64,000 nucleotides of DNA from Torpedo marmorata. Lineage: Eukaryota. A program made the position numbers and the translations under genes. Shown piece after piece: positions 11,615 through 24,842 of this stretch. The number at the start of each line of letters is the position of its first letter. Position 1 is the first letter of the stretch. The notes beneath the pieces are model-generated. The model was not told the origin of the DNA. It saw nothing but the letters and a program-made list of their open reading frames with translations, and ran no database searches. Where the stretch lies: contig OZ360222.1 in NCBI GenBank assembly GCA_977017645.1, positions 123,504,001 to 123,568,000 of the forward strand. Direction: 5' to 3'.

Positions 11615-14527
11615 ATTTAATATGACAAAAAATAAAGAGTTACAAACAACACATTTAAAATTAGATTTTGAGGCCAGAGAGGTTGTTAAGCAGTAATTGA
11701 GTGTTAAAGATTCTTAGCTTGCACTACAATGTGTAACAATTTTTAGAGCTTTTTGCAACAAAATTGGGTTGTACATACCTAAAGTTCTCATCAGTTCACT
11801 GATTCTGCTGATTATGCGACAAAAAAAGCACCCTGTGGAGGACAGAGAATCGCTGACATGCATTTGCTGGATTTCCACCTACTCCAGATGTTTCATGGTG
11901 TGACGATGACAAACTTTGACAGATAGACATCATTACAACTCCAAATCTAGGCCAATCATTTATCTCATTTTAATCATTCCAGGGTCCTTTGTAAGTCCTT
12001 CCCTTTGCCAGTTCCAAATCCCTCCTGACATAACTGTGGCAAATATAGATCACTGCACTTAATATTGCAACATTACATTCTCTACCTTAAAGAATTGGTG
12101 GAAAGATTCTGGAGATTCGGGATTGGAGCTTCTTCCAGTGACTTGGGAGTTCTTTTCTGAGTTGCATGCATGGAGCCATTAAATGAGACAATATAAATCA
12201 CAGAATAAGAAAATAAAATAAAAATTTCTGGCTGTGTGCAGGAAACATTCAGACTCCTCCACCTCCACTCCCCCTGTTCAAGTGAACATAATGAAATGAT
12301 GAGAACTCATAGCGCTAGGCTAAATCTTTGCACTGTACTCTATCATCATTTCTGTTTGAGTTTAGCAAACGACAATTTTGTTATCGGAATAAGCTGTACA
12401 CAACAAGCTCACTTATCTCCAGCATGTGTTGTTCAGTTAAATAGCATCTAAGAAATTGTTCATCCACTATGTCAATAGTTAATAAAAAGAGCTCATTTTA
12501 GTGAATTGCAGTCAAGTTTACACAATGAATAGAGGAATATTTGGAAGCATGTTTAAAGGCCTGGAATGCAGTCACCAGCTTCTCCGAACAGCACACTGAT
12601 GTGCCCTTGCTTTACTTCTCCCTGCCTCTCGTTCACTTGTGAGACTGTAAAAAAACAGAAGACTTTATAACCCATACTACAACTATGATCAGAGTTATAC
12701 ATTAATACAATAAATCAAAATGGTTTGCACTCTAAATGACACTGACCAAAGAAGGCCATATTAGTAGTTGGAAGTACAGGAGCTGCAATCAGTGATGTGG
12801 GCCAGTTAGTGGTGTGTGATTTTTAACGGCAGAAGCAGGGGGGATGGACAGGAGATCTGCTGGATTTAAAACTCAATGTGGGGGCGGGGGGGGGGGGGGT
12901 GGGGAAATATGAAGTGCTACCAATCTATAAAGGTATTGATTTTAGTCATTGTTGGTACTGTGAATTGATGGTTCTGGGTTCACCCTTTCCCCCTTGGGAC
13001 TGATGTCTGTTTATTTTGAGAGGATGCCCTTATTCAAAGAAGAGTCTTCTGTGAAGGACTGAACACTTGCTGTAGGTGACTGCCTAATTGGAATGACCAC
13101 AAGGGCAGGTTTCATTGTAGTTTACCGGCTGATATTGAGCTTTTGAATATGGTGTTAGCTTTGTTAGATTGGATAATTACTCTCTTGAAAAGGGTAAATG
13201 CTACAGGACTTTAACCACTTGTGAATTCAATAAGATTGCTTTTGTACTACAGCAGCAGCATAGAGATTTTTTTTGTAAATAGCATAATAAATTCAGTGAC
13301 CCTTTTGAATATTATCGTCACAATTTTTGAATGAAAGTTTGTCAAGTTTGTACGAGATTATTTAAAGGATGAAATGAATGAAGGAATATTTCATGTTTCT
13401 ATCTGTTTATCTAATTCCATTCAATGGCCTATAGATAAGGAGTTTTACTCGTTTAATGGAAGGCTTAAAATGATGCAATGTTTATTTTTGAAAGCTGGAT
13501 AGAAAATCAGGATGTGCTTTGAGAGGTTAAAGAATCCATAATCTCTTTTTAATCTACATAATTTCAAAACTATAGTTCCAAATGTCCAACAGAAAATTGC
13601 TACCAAAGCAGTAATTGGAAACAGGCAATGTGAAAGGTTGTCTGGCATATTCATTTCAAAATTTGAAAACACTTTGAACCCTGATGATTCAGCTAAAAAT
13701 AACTAATGTTATGCTGTTTGCCTGGAGATTTGTTTAACTGAGCCATCTCTAAAACTCAAATAAATGTCTAGCTAGATATGTTTTTCCATATGTCACAAGT
13801 TCCCTATAAATTTGTTCCTTTCTTTATTTGGCTGGGTGAATTTTATCTCCCAAAACAAAATGTCTTCCCTATACCCTTCCCCTTTCCCTCTCCTCCAATA
13901 CTCATTTCCTTCCATTCTTCTGAAGCATTTGACTCCATACGGCTACTCAATGACTACCTTGCTTAAGTGGCCAATGGCAGGCAGTCTAGGGAAGCAGTTT
14001 GGTTGATCAAAAATATTCTGTTAACCTATGTGCATTTCTTTCCCCATACATCGACAGTTGCTGATAAAAATGGATAATGGAGCAAACGGTTGGTGTCTTC
14101 TTTGATGTTCATTCATGCTAATGGCCAGCAAAGATGGATGAGTAGTAATCAGCCGAGTGAGCTCAGGTTGACATCTCATAATGTTGTGGTGTTGAAGTTA
14201 ATAATGGTGCTTTTATTCCGGCACTAACTGAGATCAGCAAAAAGAGAATGGGTCCGAGATTGAATCAGAGTTTCTGCTGATTAATACAGCTGTGAAAGGA
14301 GACTTTTCTTCTTTTGTTTCAAAATTAAATCTTTTCCTAAATAAAATGTCTGACACCACAATGAGAGAAGTGAACAATTTAATGATTGGCAGAGGACATG
14401 TGCCAATTTTTAATTTTGGTGAGAAACATGCTCATAGCTGTTGCAAGACCTTGTTTCTTTTTTCTTTGGTAATTTGCATTTTGGATGAGGTGCTAAATCA
14501 AGAGGCCACCTGCTTTTTAAAAATGTA

Positions 14528-14745
14528 TTTACAACACGGTAGAAGCCGATTCTGGCCATTGAAACACATGCCACCCAATTACACCCAACTGACCTACAAC
14601 CCCCTGCATTTTTGGAGGGTGGGAGGAAACCAGAACACCCGGGGATAACCCATGCAGGTCACGGAGAGAACGTACAAATTCCATACAGGTAGCGCCGGAT
14701 TCAAACCGAGGCCGCTGCCGCTGTAATAGCATCGCACGCCGTACT
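14528..14745 (-). mobile_element. HE1-like tRNA-derived SINE
   Basis: Reverse complement of the SINE at 22274 and 24603 (gtacgttctcyccgtg, ggtttcctcccacc core). Confidence 0.85.
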
Positions 14746-14754
14746 GCCCAGTGA

Positions 14755-15160
14755 AGGCAATAGATCCATGGTGATATTTCATAGAAGTGCAAAGGATTTC
14801 CTCACTGTCTCCTGGCTGGTATTAGTCCCTCAGCTGGCATTATCACAACAGGTTATTGCCTCAGGCCCGAAATGTCAGAAATATATCTTTACCTCCTGTG
14901 GATGCTGCGAAACTGGCTGAGTTCTTCCACCATCTTTGTGTTTTTACTACAATCACAGCGTCTGCAGACTTTCATGTTTTACTCTATCTTGTCATTATCA
15001 CCTGAGTGTGGATAGGAGCCTCCTTTGTGCAAATTGGTTCTGACACAACAGCAGTAACTGTGCTTCAAACATGCTTCTTTATCTCTAAAGCATTTAAAGG
15101 CACCCTTAAAAAGGATGTGAAAAGAACTAGTATATACGTAAATGCAAGTCCGTCCTTTCA
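14755..15160 (+). mobile_element. SacSINE1/DeuSINE-like SINE interrupted by a Penelope pLTR fragment
   Basis: Deu-like core (gatccatgg...gtcattatcac...tgtgcaaattgg) and tail ...aaatgcaagtc. Split by the insert at about 14860-14983. Confidence 0.6.
14860..14983 (+). mobile_element. Penelope terminal-repeat fragment
   Basis: tcaggcccgaaatgtc...tctgcagactttcatgttttact, near-identical to 22105-22236. Confidence 0.75.
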
Positions 15161-15599
15161 TAAATTAAGTAATACAGCAGTTTTTTTTTGTTTTGCAGCT
15201 TAGATGAAATGAACGTCTGAGTCATTATACTAAGCACTAGTTAGTATAATGCTGGTTTTGTAGCGACAACAACCATCTCCATTGACTTCAACAAGCACTC
15301 TCCTAAAGAGCACTGGGATCTTTTACTGGGTTTAAGGCATTACATGAATGCAAGTTGCTCTTGGTGTGAACTGTGGTACTATGTAAAACTAGCATTACAA
15401 CTGATCCTGCCAGTCAGCTATTCATTTTCAGATGCTAAATTAACAATGTTCTTCATACCCAGCTACAGATGTCAGATAGTTAACTTTAATGAGACTTACC
15501 TGTGCATAGACTTGGAGATGAATCGAAGCTTCATGACATGCAGCCCAACAGTGGAAGACTTTCAAAGATATTTTTCACAGTGCTCAACAAAAGTATATT

Positions 15600-17597
15600 C
15601 CAGTTAAGAGTAAGGACACTAAGGGTGGGGAGAGCCATCCTTGGCTAACTCAGGAAATAAATGAAGGCATCAAACTAAAGCTCATGCGCACAAAATTGCC
15701 AAGAGCAGTCGGAAAATGGAAGATTGGAAAAACTTTAAAAAGCAACAAAGAAGCACTAAGCAAGTGATAAAGAAAGGGAAGATACATCGTGAAAGTAAAG
15801 TAGCACAAAATATTAAAACAGATAGTAAAAGTTTTTACAATTATATGAAGTGGAAAAGGGTGGGTAAAGTGAACACAGGTCCCTTGAGAAGGGGGAATTA
15901 ATATTGGGTAATGCAGAAATAGCCAAGGATTTGAGGGACTATTTTGTGTTGATCTTCATGGTAGAGAACCCGTCTAACAAGCCAAAGAGAGATGTTATGG
16001 ATGCAATTGGGAACTAAGGACCTCGATACAATCGCTTTCACTGAAGAGGTAGTGCTGAGCAAACTAGTGGGACTAAAGGTAGATAAGTCCCCTGGTCCTG
16101 ATGGAATGCATCCCAGGGTACTGAAAGAAATGGCAGAAGTTACAGTAGAGGCATTTGTGGTAATTTACCAAAATTCTCTGGACTCTGGTCAGGTCCTGGT
16201 GGTTTGGAAGACAGCAAATATCACGCCACTATAAAAAGGATGTCGGCAAATGGCAAGTAACTATTGGCCAGTTAGCGTAACATCTGTAGTCAGGAAAATG
16301 GTTGAAGCTATCAGTAATGAAGAAATAGCAAGACATCTGGATAGAAATTGTCCATCGGACAGATGCAGCATGGATTCAGGAAGAGCAGGTAATTTGATAA
16401 ATTTACTGGAGTAATTTGAGGATATAGCAAGCGCAGTGGATAGAGGGGAACAGGTGGATGTTATCTACTTGGATTTCCAGAAAGCATTCGAAAGGTGCCG
16501 CATAAAAGACATCTATAAGATAAGGATGCATTGAGCTGGGGTAGTGTATTAGCCTGGATAGAGGATTAGTTAACAAATAGAAGGCAGAGATTTGGGATAA
16601 ATTGGTGTTTCTCTTGTTGACTATCAGTGGTGAGCAGAGTGCCACAGAGGTCGGTGCTGGGCCCTCAACTGTTCATGAATTGGAAGAGGGGACTGAGCGC
16701 ATCTAAGTTTACTGATGACACAAAATTAAATGGAAAAGCAAAGTGTGCAGAGGATGCAGAGAGTCTGCAAAGAGATAGTGATAGGTTAAGTGAATGGGCA
16801 AGAGTCTGATGGATGAAGCACAATGTTGGCAAATGCAAGGCCATTCACTTTGAAAGGAAAAATTGAAGATCAGATTGTTATTTCAATGGTGAAAGAATAC
16901 AACTTGTGGTTATGCAGAGAGACTTGGGAGTGCTTGTGCATAAATCACAAAAGGTTGGTTTGCAGGTGCAACAGACTATCAAGAAAGCAAATGGAATGCT
17001 GGCATTCAATGCTAGAGGGATTGAATTTAAGATCAGGGAGGTTCTGCTTGCAACTACACAGAGTGTTCGTGAGTCTGCCCCTGAAGTTCAGTTCTGGTCT
17101 CCTTATTTGAGTAGAGATATATTGGCTTTCGAGGCGGTGAAGAAAAAGTTCACTAGAATGATTCTGGAGATGAGGAGGTTAGTATACGAGGAGAGATTGA
17201 GTTGCCTGGAATTTAGAATGAGAGGGGATCTTATAGAATCATATAAAATTATGAAATGGATAGATAAGATAGAGACAGGAAAGTTGATTCTGCTGGTCAG
17301 TGAGATGAGAACAAGGGGACATAGCCTCAAGATACTGGTGAGTAAATTTAAGGCAGAGATGAGGAGGAAATGTTTTTTCCCCAGAGAGTAGTGAATCAAT
17401 GGAATTCTCTGCCCAAGGAAGCAGTGGAAGCTGCCTCATTAAATATATTTAAGATACAATTAGATAGATTTTGCATAATAGAGGATTTAACGGTAATGGG
17501 GAAAAGGCAGATAGGTGGAGCTGAGTCCACTGTCACATCCGCTATATTATTGAATGGCAGAGCAAGCTCGATGGGTCAGATGGCCAAACCTGTCCCT
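15600..17597 (+). mobile_element. 5'-truncated CR1 LINE, decayed ORF2 (RT) and 3' UTR
   Basis: ORF fragments KSPGPDGMHPRVLKE, VPQRSVLGPQLF, KFTDDTKL, RDLGVLV, RGDLIESYKIM and QRVVNQWNSLP, with many frameshifts, followed by a CR1 tail. Confidence 0.92.
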
Positions 17598-17854
17598 ATT
17601 TTGTATGTTCTTATGTAACATCCAGAATAGAAATGTAATCTCTTAAAATACCAGACCACGAGGATGAGATGTCTAGTTTTTTGTCACTCATTCAAACCCC
17701 CATGCAACTCAACAGAAAAAGCAGAGGGAGTCTCTGCAACCTTAAATACCAACAGAAGTTTTCAACCCAAAAAAATACAATGTAAAAAAAAGTTTGCAAT
17801 TTTTTAGATGTGTCGACGGATCAGAAAATTCCTTTCGTAAGGCTTTCCTTTGCA

Positions 17855-19590
17855 AACAGTAATGCACAAAGATCTTCACTAAAGGAACCCTTCCATATCA
17901 TGGGGATGAACTCCCAGATGAACTCAATGCCTTCTACGCCTGACTTGACCACAAGAACGAGAAAGAACCACCATTGCACACCCCCATGTCCCCTAATGAT
18001 CCTCTCCTGTCTGTATCCGAGGATGATGTGCGAGCTGCATTCAGGAGAGTGAACCCGAGGAAAGCATCCAGTCCGGACAGAGTACCCTACAGAGTATTTA
18101 AAACCTATGCTGACCAACTTATCAATGTATTTACGGATATCTTCAACATCTCACTCCAGCAGGGTGTGGTACCCACCTGTTTCAAACAGGCATCAAACGT
18201 ACTGGTGCCCAAGAAGAGTGTGGTAACCTACCTAAATGACTACCGACCAGTGGCACTCACATCAACAGTGTTTTGAAAGGCTGGTGTTGAAGCATATCAG
18301 CTCCTGTCTGAGCAGTGACATGGATCCGTTCCAATTCACCGATCGTAGCAACAGGTCTACGGCGGATGTCATCTCACTGGCTCTACACAAAGCCCTGGAA
18401 AACATGAAAAGCAAAGATGCATACATCAGGATGCTCTTTATTAACTACAGTTCGGCATTTAACACCATCATCCCCTCAAAATTGATCAGCAAACTCCAAG
18501 ACCTGGGACTCAACACCCCACTGTGTAATTGGATCCTTGATTTCCTCACCTCCAGACCACAATCAGTGACGATTGGTAAGAACATCTCCTCCACAATCTC
18601 CAACTGTACCGGAGCACCACAAGGCTGTGTTCTTAGCCCCCGCTCTACTCGCTATACAGCTATGACCGTGTGGCTCGGTATGACAACAACACTATCTACA
18701 AATTTGCTGACGATACCATAGTAGTGGGTTGTATAAAAAGGGGCGATGAGTCAGCATACAGGATGATGATTGAAAACTTGGCTGAATGGTGCACCAACAA
18801 CAACCTCGCACTCAATGTCACCAAAACCAAGGAGCTGATTGTTGACTTCAGGAAGGGAAAACCAGAGGTGGAGAGGGTGACTAAATTTAAGTTCTTGGGA
18901 GTCACTATCTCGGAGGATCTTTCCTGGACCGAACACACTAATGGCATTGTGAAGAAAGCACGTCAGCCTCCTCTACTTCCTCAGGAGTTTGTGGAGGTTT
19001 GGCATGACATCGGAAACCGTGGCAAATTTCTACAGCTGTGTGGTGTAAAGTGTGCTGACCATCTGCATCATGGTCTGGTATTGGGACACCAATACCCCTG
19101 AGTGTAAATCACTGCAAAAGGTAGTGGACACAGCCCAGGACATCACAGGGAAAACCCTCCCCACCATCGAAAACATCCACAGGGAACGCTGCCGTTGGAG
19201 AGCAGCAGCAATCATCAAGGATCCATATCACCCAGCACATGCTCTGTTCTCGCTGCTACCATCAGGAAAGAGGTATAGGTGTCACAAGACTCGCACCACC
19301 AGGTTTAGGAACAACTGCTACCCCTCCACCATCAGACTCCTCAACAACAAACTCAATCAAGGACTCATTTAAGGACTCTTACTTTTGCACTTTATTGATT
19401 TTTTTTGTTCTCTCCATATTCCACAGTCATTTTGTTTACATTTCTTTATTTGTTTACATGTGTACGTTGCGTACAGTTTTTTTTTGCAATACCAATAAGT
19501 GGTAATTCTGCCTTACCCGCAGGAAAAAGAATCTCAGGGTTGTATGTGATGTCATGTATGAACTCTGATAATAAATCTGAAATCTGAAAT
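17855..19590 (+). mobile_element. Rex1/Babar LINE, 5'-truncated and frameshifted
   Basis: [35 protein letters not shown] and LLPSGKRYR motifs, with an (AAATCTG)n tail. Confidence 0.92.
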
Positions 19591-20389
19591 GAAATTTCAT
19601 CTCAGAATACAAGTCAGGGAAAATTACAACCTCTTAACACTATCAAAATGTATTGGCACATGAACAAAACAGAAGTCAAGAGTTCCACTGTGTGTTTAAT
19701 GAAAGGAAACAATTGTTGGTGTGCCGGTAGATATTCCCATATACAGTGAGTGTCTGTTACGCAAAGCATGACAAGATATTTAAAGCATTGAAGTAAGTCA
19801 TACAGCCCCACCCACCCATGCCAGTGTTTAATGTAGCACACAATCCTCTACATGGCCTTCTTCATGTACGTCCATCCAAATCTCTAGCCTTCTATTCATT
19901 TTCCCCTTTCTCTTTTCCTTCCAAATTGAGTCACAGATGTTGCAACCCACCACAGTGTGTTGCCTATTAAAGCCACTTTAATTTGCAACATGGCTGTATG
20001 GATGATTAAAGAAAAGTGAATTTGGATACTACTTGGCATCAATCAGCTAAAATGACAGGAAGGTGAGAAGGAATTTGTGTTTTTGGGAAACATTCACTGA
20101 TCACTACCCTGATGACCCACTCTAACCATTAGTTGCTAGCCACCTTTGCCATCCTGCAAATGAAAGTCTGACCTTCTACCACACATACACCACTGCTGGT
20201 GCAAGAGCCTCCATGAAAACAGTTACTTCGCTGATCCCATCAAGATCCAATTCTCATACCCTTGATGTGCCAATCCAGTTCTCAATGGCCTGATCCTCCA
20301 AATCTATGCCACGATACTAGGTCTTCTTTGGGCCTCATACCCAACAACCTCTCCGCTCAACCTTACTGCAAAGGCTTATAAGAGCACAA

Positions 20390-21690
20390 AGGAGCAGCAT
20401 GTTCCGCATTGTACAAAATACATGAAGCGGAATGTGGAATGGACTTGCTGTAATGAACAGAATGTGCAAGGTGTTTCTGATAGAGCATGGAATGTGCATA
20501 ACAATTTCTGGAGTCCACTGCATGTGCAAGATTTCTTCTGTAATGTACAGATTATAGAAGGTATTTTATTTTGTGTACAGAATATACACAACACTGCAAG
20601 TTCCCAGAATGAGTTAGAAAGTGGAATGGAGATTGAATTTTCTGTAGTGCACAAATATGGCTTTGGCATGTTTTGTAATAGCAGAGTATATCTGCAGTAA
20701 CACATTTTGTGCAAGTTGTATACTGTGCGAAGTATTTTCTGTTGTGTCCAGAATGTGCAAGGCATTTTCTATGGAATATAGATTGTGCCAGATGTTTTCT
20801 ATTGTGTACAACAGAAACTTTTCTAGAGGGCACAAAATGTGCAAGATGTGTTCCATGGTACAAAGAATCTGCAATTTGCTTTTGACTGCCTTTTCTGGAG
20901 TGTATAGATTTTGCAAGATATAATGTTGTGGTTGTTTCCTGGTGCATAAAAAAAAAGTTTTGTGTGTTTTCAGTAGTGCATAGAATGTGCAAGGGATTTT
21001 CTCTACTGAACAAAATGTTCAAGTTGTTTTCTGTAGTGCACATTGGAGCAGGTAGTTTCTGTCATATGTAAAGAATTTTCTGTAGTGCACAGAATATGTA
21101 ATGCATTTCCTTTACTGTGCAGTCTATGTAATATATCTTCTATAGTATCCAGAATGTACAAGGAGTTCTTTTCCGGTTTTATGCGATATAGAGGATAGAG
21201 GAGGCTTTTTTTTGGTAATAAAAAGAAGTGGACAACATTTCCTGTGGAACACAGAATGTGCAAAGTGTTATTTACAAACTCTGCAGTGTGCAAGATATTC
21301 TCTGTTCGGCACAGACGTGCCAAGTATTTTCAGTAGTATTTAGCTGTGCAAGGCATTATTTGTTGTGCACACTTGTGCAGGGCATTTTCTGTAGTGCAAG
21401 GTGTTTTCTTTGGTGCACAAAATGCAAGCTGTTTTCTGCAGTTTCATGACCTGCAAGATGATGCCTGTAGTTTATCTGTGGCTCTGTTTTATAGTACACA
21501 TGATGCATAAAGTGGTTTCTGTTGTGTGCAAAATGGACAAGTAGTTTTCTGTGTGCAGAATGTGCAAGGTATGTTCAGTGGTGTACATACTGTCCAAGGC
21601 ATATTTTACAGTGCACTGAATGTGAAAGTTAATTTCAGAAAGTGGACGTGTTTTCTATGGTGCACAGAATGTGCACAGTGTTTTCTTTGG
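20390..21690. repeat. Degenerate minisatellite, unit about 30-31 bp (consensus near TTTTCTGTAGTGCACAGAATGTGCAAGGTGT)
   Basis: cagaatgtgcaag and ttttctgtagtgca recur at about 31-bp spacing over about 1.3 kb. Confidence 0.85.
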
Positions 21691-22092
21691 TTGACAATGG
21701 CTTTGGCCTCATGCCACAGAGGATAGCAGTGGTGGGCCCTTGAATAAGTGATTTATTAGTCCACTGCACATCTCCAAATTAACCGATTGACAGCACTGTA
21801 CTACTTTTAGGCAAAGAGTTTTTATTCTGTATCTTTCAAGATCCTTGAATTTCAAATTTCGTATCTGGTACAATGACAGATATATCTACCTACCTGGTTT
21901 CTGTACTCAGCCCCTTGCCCACTTTCTGGAGCTGATTGTATTTATGGTTTAAATTTCTATTTAAGAACAGATAAACATTGACAGTGCAGAGCCTAACTAC
22001 CCCTCTTCTCAACACAATCCTATCCCCACCATTCTTAACATTGAGTAGAGATGTTCTGTGGCAATGTTGCATTGTTAATTGCTGCTTTACAG

Positions 22093-22237
22093 ACAGAAAA
22101 AACTTGAAGGGCTCAGGCCCGAAACGTCAGTAATATATCTTTACCTCCTATGGACGCTGCGAGACTGGCTGAGTTCCTCCAGCATTTATATTTTTTTACT
22201 ACAATCACTGCGTCTGCAGACTTTCGTGTTTCACTTC
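22093..22237 (+). mobile_element. Penelope terminal-repeat insertion with damaged hammerhead motif
   Basis: ttgaagggctcaggcccgaaacgtc...ctttcgtgtttcact, flanked by the direct repeat gctttacag (22084-22092 and 22238-22246). Confidence 0.8.
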
Positions 22238-22273
22238 GCTTTACAGTCGGAGACCAAATATTGTCCACATTCT

Positions 22274-22524
22274 GGGCGGCACAGGGTGGTATAGTTAGTG
22301 TAGCGGTTAGCGCAACGCTATTATAATGCCCGCGACCCGGGTCCGAATCTGACGCTGTCTGAAAGGAGTTTGTACGTTCTCCCTGTGTCTGCGTGAGTTT
22401 CCTCCGGGTGCTCTGGTTTCCTCCTACCCTTCAAAAACGTAAGGGGATTGTCGGTTAATTGGTGTTTATGGAGGGCACGGGCTCATGGACCAGAAGGGCC
22501 TGTTACTGGGCTGTATGTCTAAAT
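22274..22524 (+). mobile_element. HE1-like tRNA-derived SINE
   Basis: A-box-like tagtgtagcgg, B-box-like gggtccgaatc, central core and a CR1-like tail (gggcctgttactgggctgtatgtct). Confidence 0.88.
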
Positions 22525-23829
22525 TCCAATGGGCTGAGAAAGGAATTGAGGTAGGATGTAACTTCTTCTCCCACTCTCTTCCCACACCCCCCGCACCCCT
22601 CCCCCCCCCCCCAATTCTCTTCCACCCATCAATGGATTAATTTGTCTTTGGCTGGAAGCAATATGCAGGTGAGACAATAGGTTGCTTGTTGTCGTCATCT
22701 CCTTACATTTGGTTCCATTGAACACAAAGGGAGTGAAATCCAACCAATGCAAACTCAGTACGAGCAGTGCCCCCTTAATTTCCAGCCATTCACCACAACT
22801 GATTATGCCAACTTGTTAGAGGAAATTTCAGTCTTCAATCCAGAAGCTTCAGGCCCCAAATTGGAGCAAGAGAACAGAGGATCAAAGCCACGTGGCAGTT
22901 CCTGCCTCGAAGATGATTGCCTTGAAATTCACCTTAGCTATAATGTCCTCAAACACTATATAACTGAAAAAGTGAGTGCATTGCACTATATCTCTAAAAA
23001 TTAATTCCATTGGCTGTAATGTAATGGAATTTGAAGGTAAGAAAGCACTGATACAACTGTTTAACATGCTTGGCACTACTGACTGGGGATGAATTTCTAA
23101 GCAATTATTGCTTATGATAGAACTATTTACTAAAAGGAAATTGCCTCACTTTATATTGCACACAAGATTCCCAAATTGCTATGCTAAAGGCACATACCTA
23201 GAGAACAGTGTTTAAACTCCATCTAGTTTTACTACCAATGCACTTTTAACCATCTCAACGTGTCCCAGATATATTAAACCTTTGTCTGAAATGATTATAA
23301 ATGATTTATAAAACAAAGTAGGAATTTTAACAATGAGGGCATGCTTTAATATACACCATTACATTTCTTCCCTTGTCCTATCCATCACATCCATTAACAT
23401 AAAAGAAAATCTACCCTGCTGCTCCTAGTCTCACAACGACTTTAGTCCATTGTGGGCTTGGAGTACTGCATTACAGCAGAAATGACCACAATGAGCACAG
23501 TGACCCTTCCAACCTTTTGTGAATTAAAGTAGCAATTGTGATTATAGAGCTCCAGTTTGAAAATTGATAGCAGTCTATCACCTGTAACAGGTGTGTGACT
23601 TTAGTGATCGATAGTAGACCCTCAGATATGTATTTTGAGGCCATGACTGCCTTGTTGATGCTAGGAAGTGCAAACTAAAAGCATCTCATGAGCAGATTAA
23701 ACAAAGAAATACTTGGTGATATGAGAGAACCCAAAATTTGTTGCAAGGATTGATTTTAACATAGGTTGCTTTTCTTCCAGCAAAAGTCAGTCTGAGTGTT
23801 GTGTAAAATCTCATGGAGCGATACTGAGA

Positions 23830-24080
23830 GCAACTTGTCTTTATTTAGTACTTTTAATGGAGCAAAAATGTCCCAAGGAGTATTACCAAAGAAAGTTTAA
23901 TGCTGAGTCACATTTGGAGAGGAGACAACCAAAATCTTGGTTGGATGTTTGTTTTCAGATGCGTCATAAAGGAAGAGAGAGAGGGACATAGGTGGAGAGG
24001 GTTAGGGAAAGAATATCAGAGCTATGAGCCTTGGCAGCTGAAGTGATGGCTGCCAATAGCAGAGCAATTTTAAATCTGGG
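23830..24080 (-). mobile_element. Old L2-type LINE 3' end remnant
   Basis: Shares sequence with 48485-48770 and 55425-55760 (caacttg...ttta...gagagg..taggga.agaat..cagagc). Confidence 0.55.
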
Positions 24081-24602
24081 TAAAGCAACATATTTCTAAA
24101 AGGTCAGTGCAGTCAGTAAAGGTTTATATCACTTTTCCAGATTTTCCAGGAGATGTAAGTTTTAAAATTTTAACATTGGGGAAAAAAGTCACATTCAGCT
24201 CTCACATGGGACAGCATAGTGCAAAAGGTCCAGTAATTTAAAAATAAGGATTGTTTTTTAGTGGGGTTGTTTGGCAGGCTGAGGCATGAACTTTGTGTTA
24301 ATGTTACTTTTTGTCCGCCAGTAAATCATAGCAGGTTAGGTTGAATACATGTGGGACACATTGAACCGCTTGAGCAGTACATTGCTAGTAAAATTTGTAG
24401 CAGTTTAAACCCTCCTCTCTAGTATGTGCGTTCGGTGCATTGCCAAGTGTGTGTGAAACTGGAATCTTACACACAGTTCCAAGACATGGGATTGTTTATT
24501 TGAAATCATCTGTCTGCAAAAGTGGCTTATTATAAATGAGCAGTATGAGCTTGAAGGCTGGGAATGGCAACAAAAAAATTGTTTCTGCAATCTTTACTAA
24601 CT

Positions 24603-24842
24603 AACACGGTTAGCGTAGCGGATGGCGAACGCTGTTACAGTGCCAGCGATCGATACCGGGGTTCGAATCCCACGCTGTCTGTAAGGAGTTTGTAAGTTCT
24701 CCCCATGTCTACGTGGGTTTTCACTGGGGGCTCCGGTTTCTTCCCACTGTTCAAAACGTACCGGGGTTGTAGGTCAATTGGGAGTAATTTGGCGGCACGG
24801 GCTCGTGGGCCGAAAGGGCCTGTTACCGTGCTGTATGTCTAC
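24603..24842 (+). mobile_element. HE1-like tRNA-derived SINE
   Basis: tagcgtagcgg A box, ggttcgaatccc B box and the conserved core and tail. Confidence 0.9.

Noticed and set aside
15223-15251. 11-bp stem hairpin (cattatactaa...ttagtataatg)
   Set aside because: Short and AT-rich with no supporting context.
20390-21690. CRISPR-like periodic array, or the Cys/His-rich ORFs over it
   Set aside because: Units are contiguous and degenerate with no unique spacers, the context is eukaryotic, and the ORFs are by-products of the repeat.
24603-24680. tRNA genes at the SINE heads
   Set aside because: A and B boxes are present, but there is no complete cloverleaf and each continues into a SINE body.
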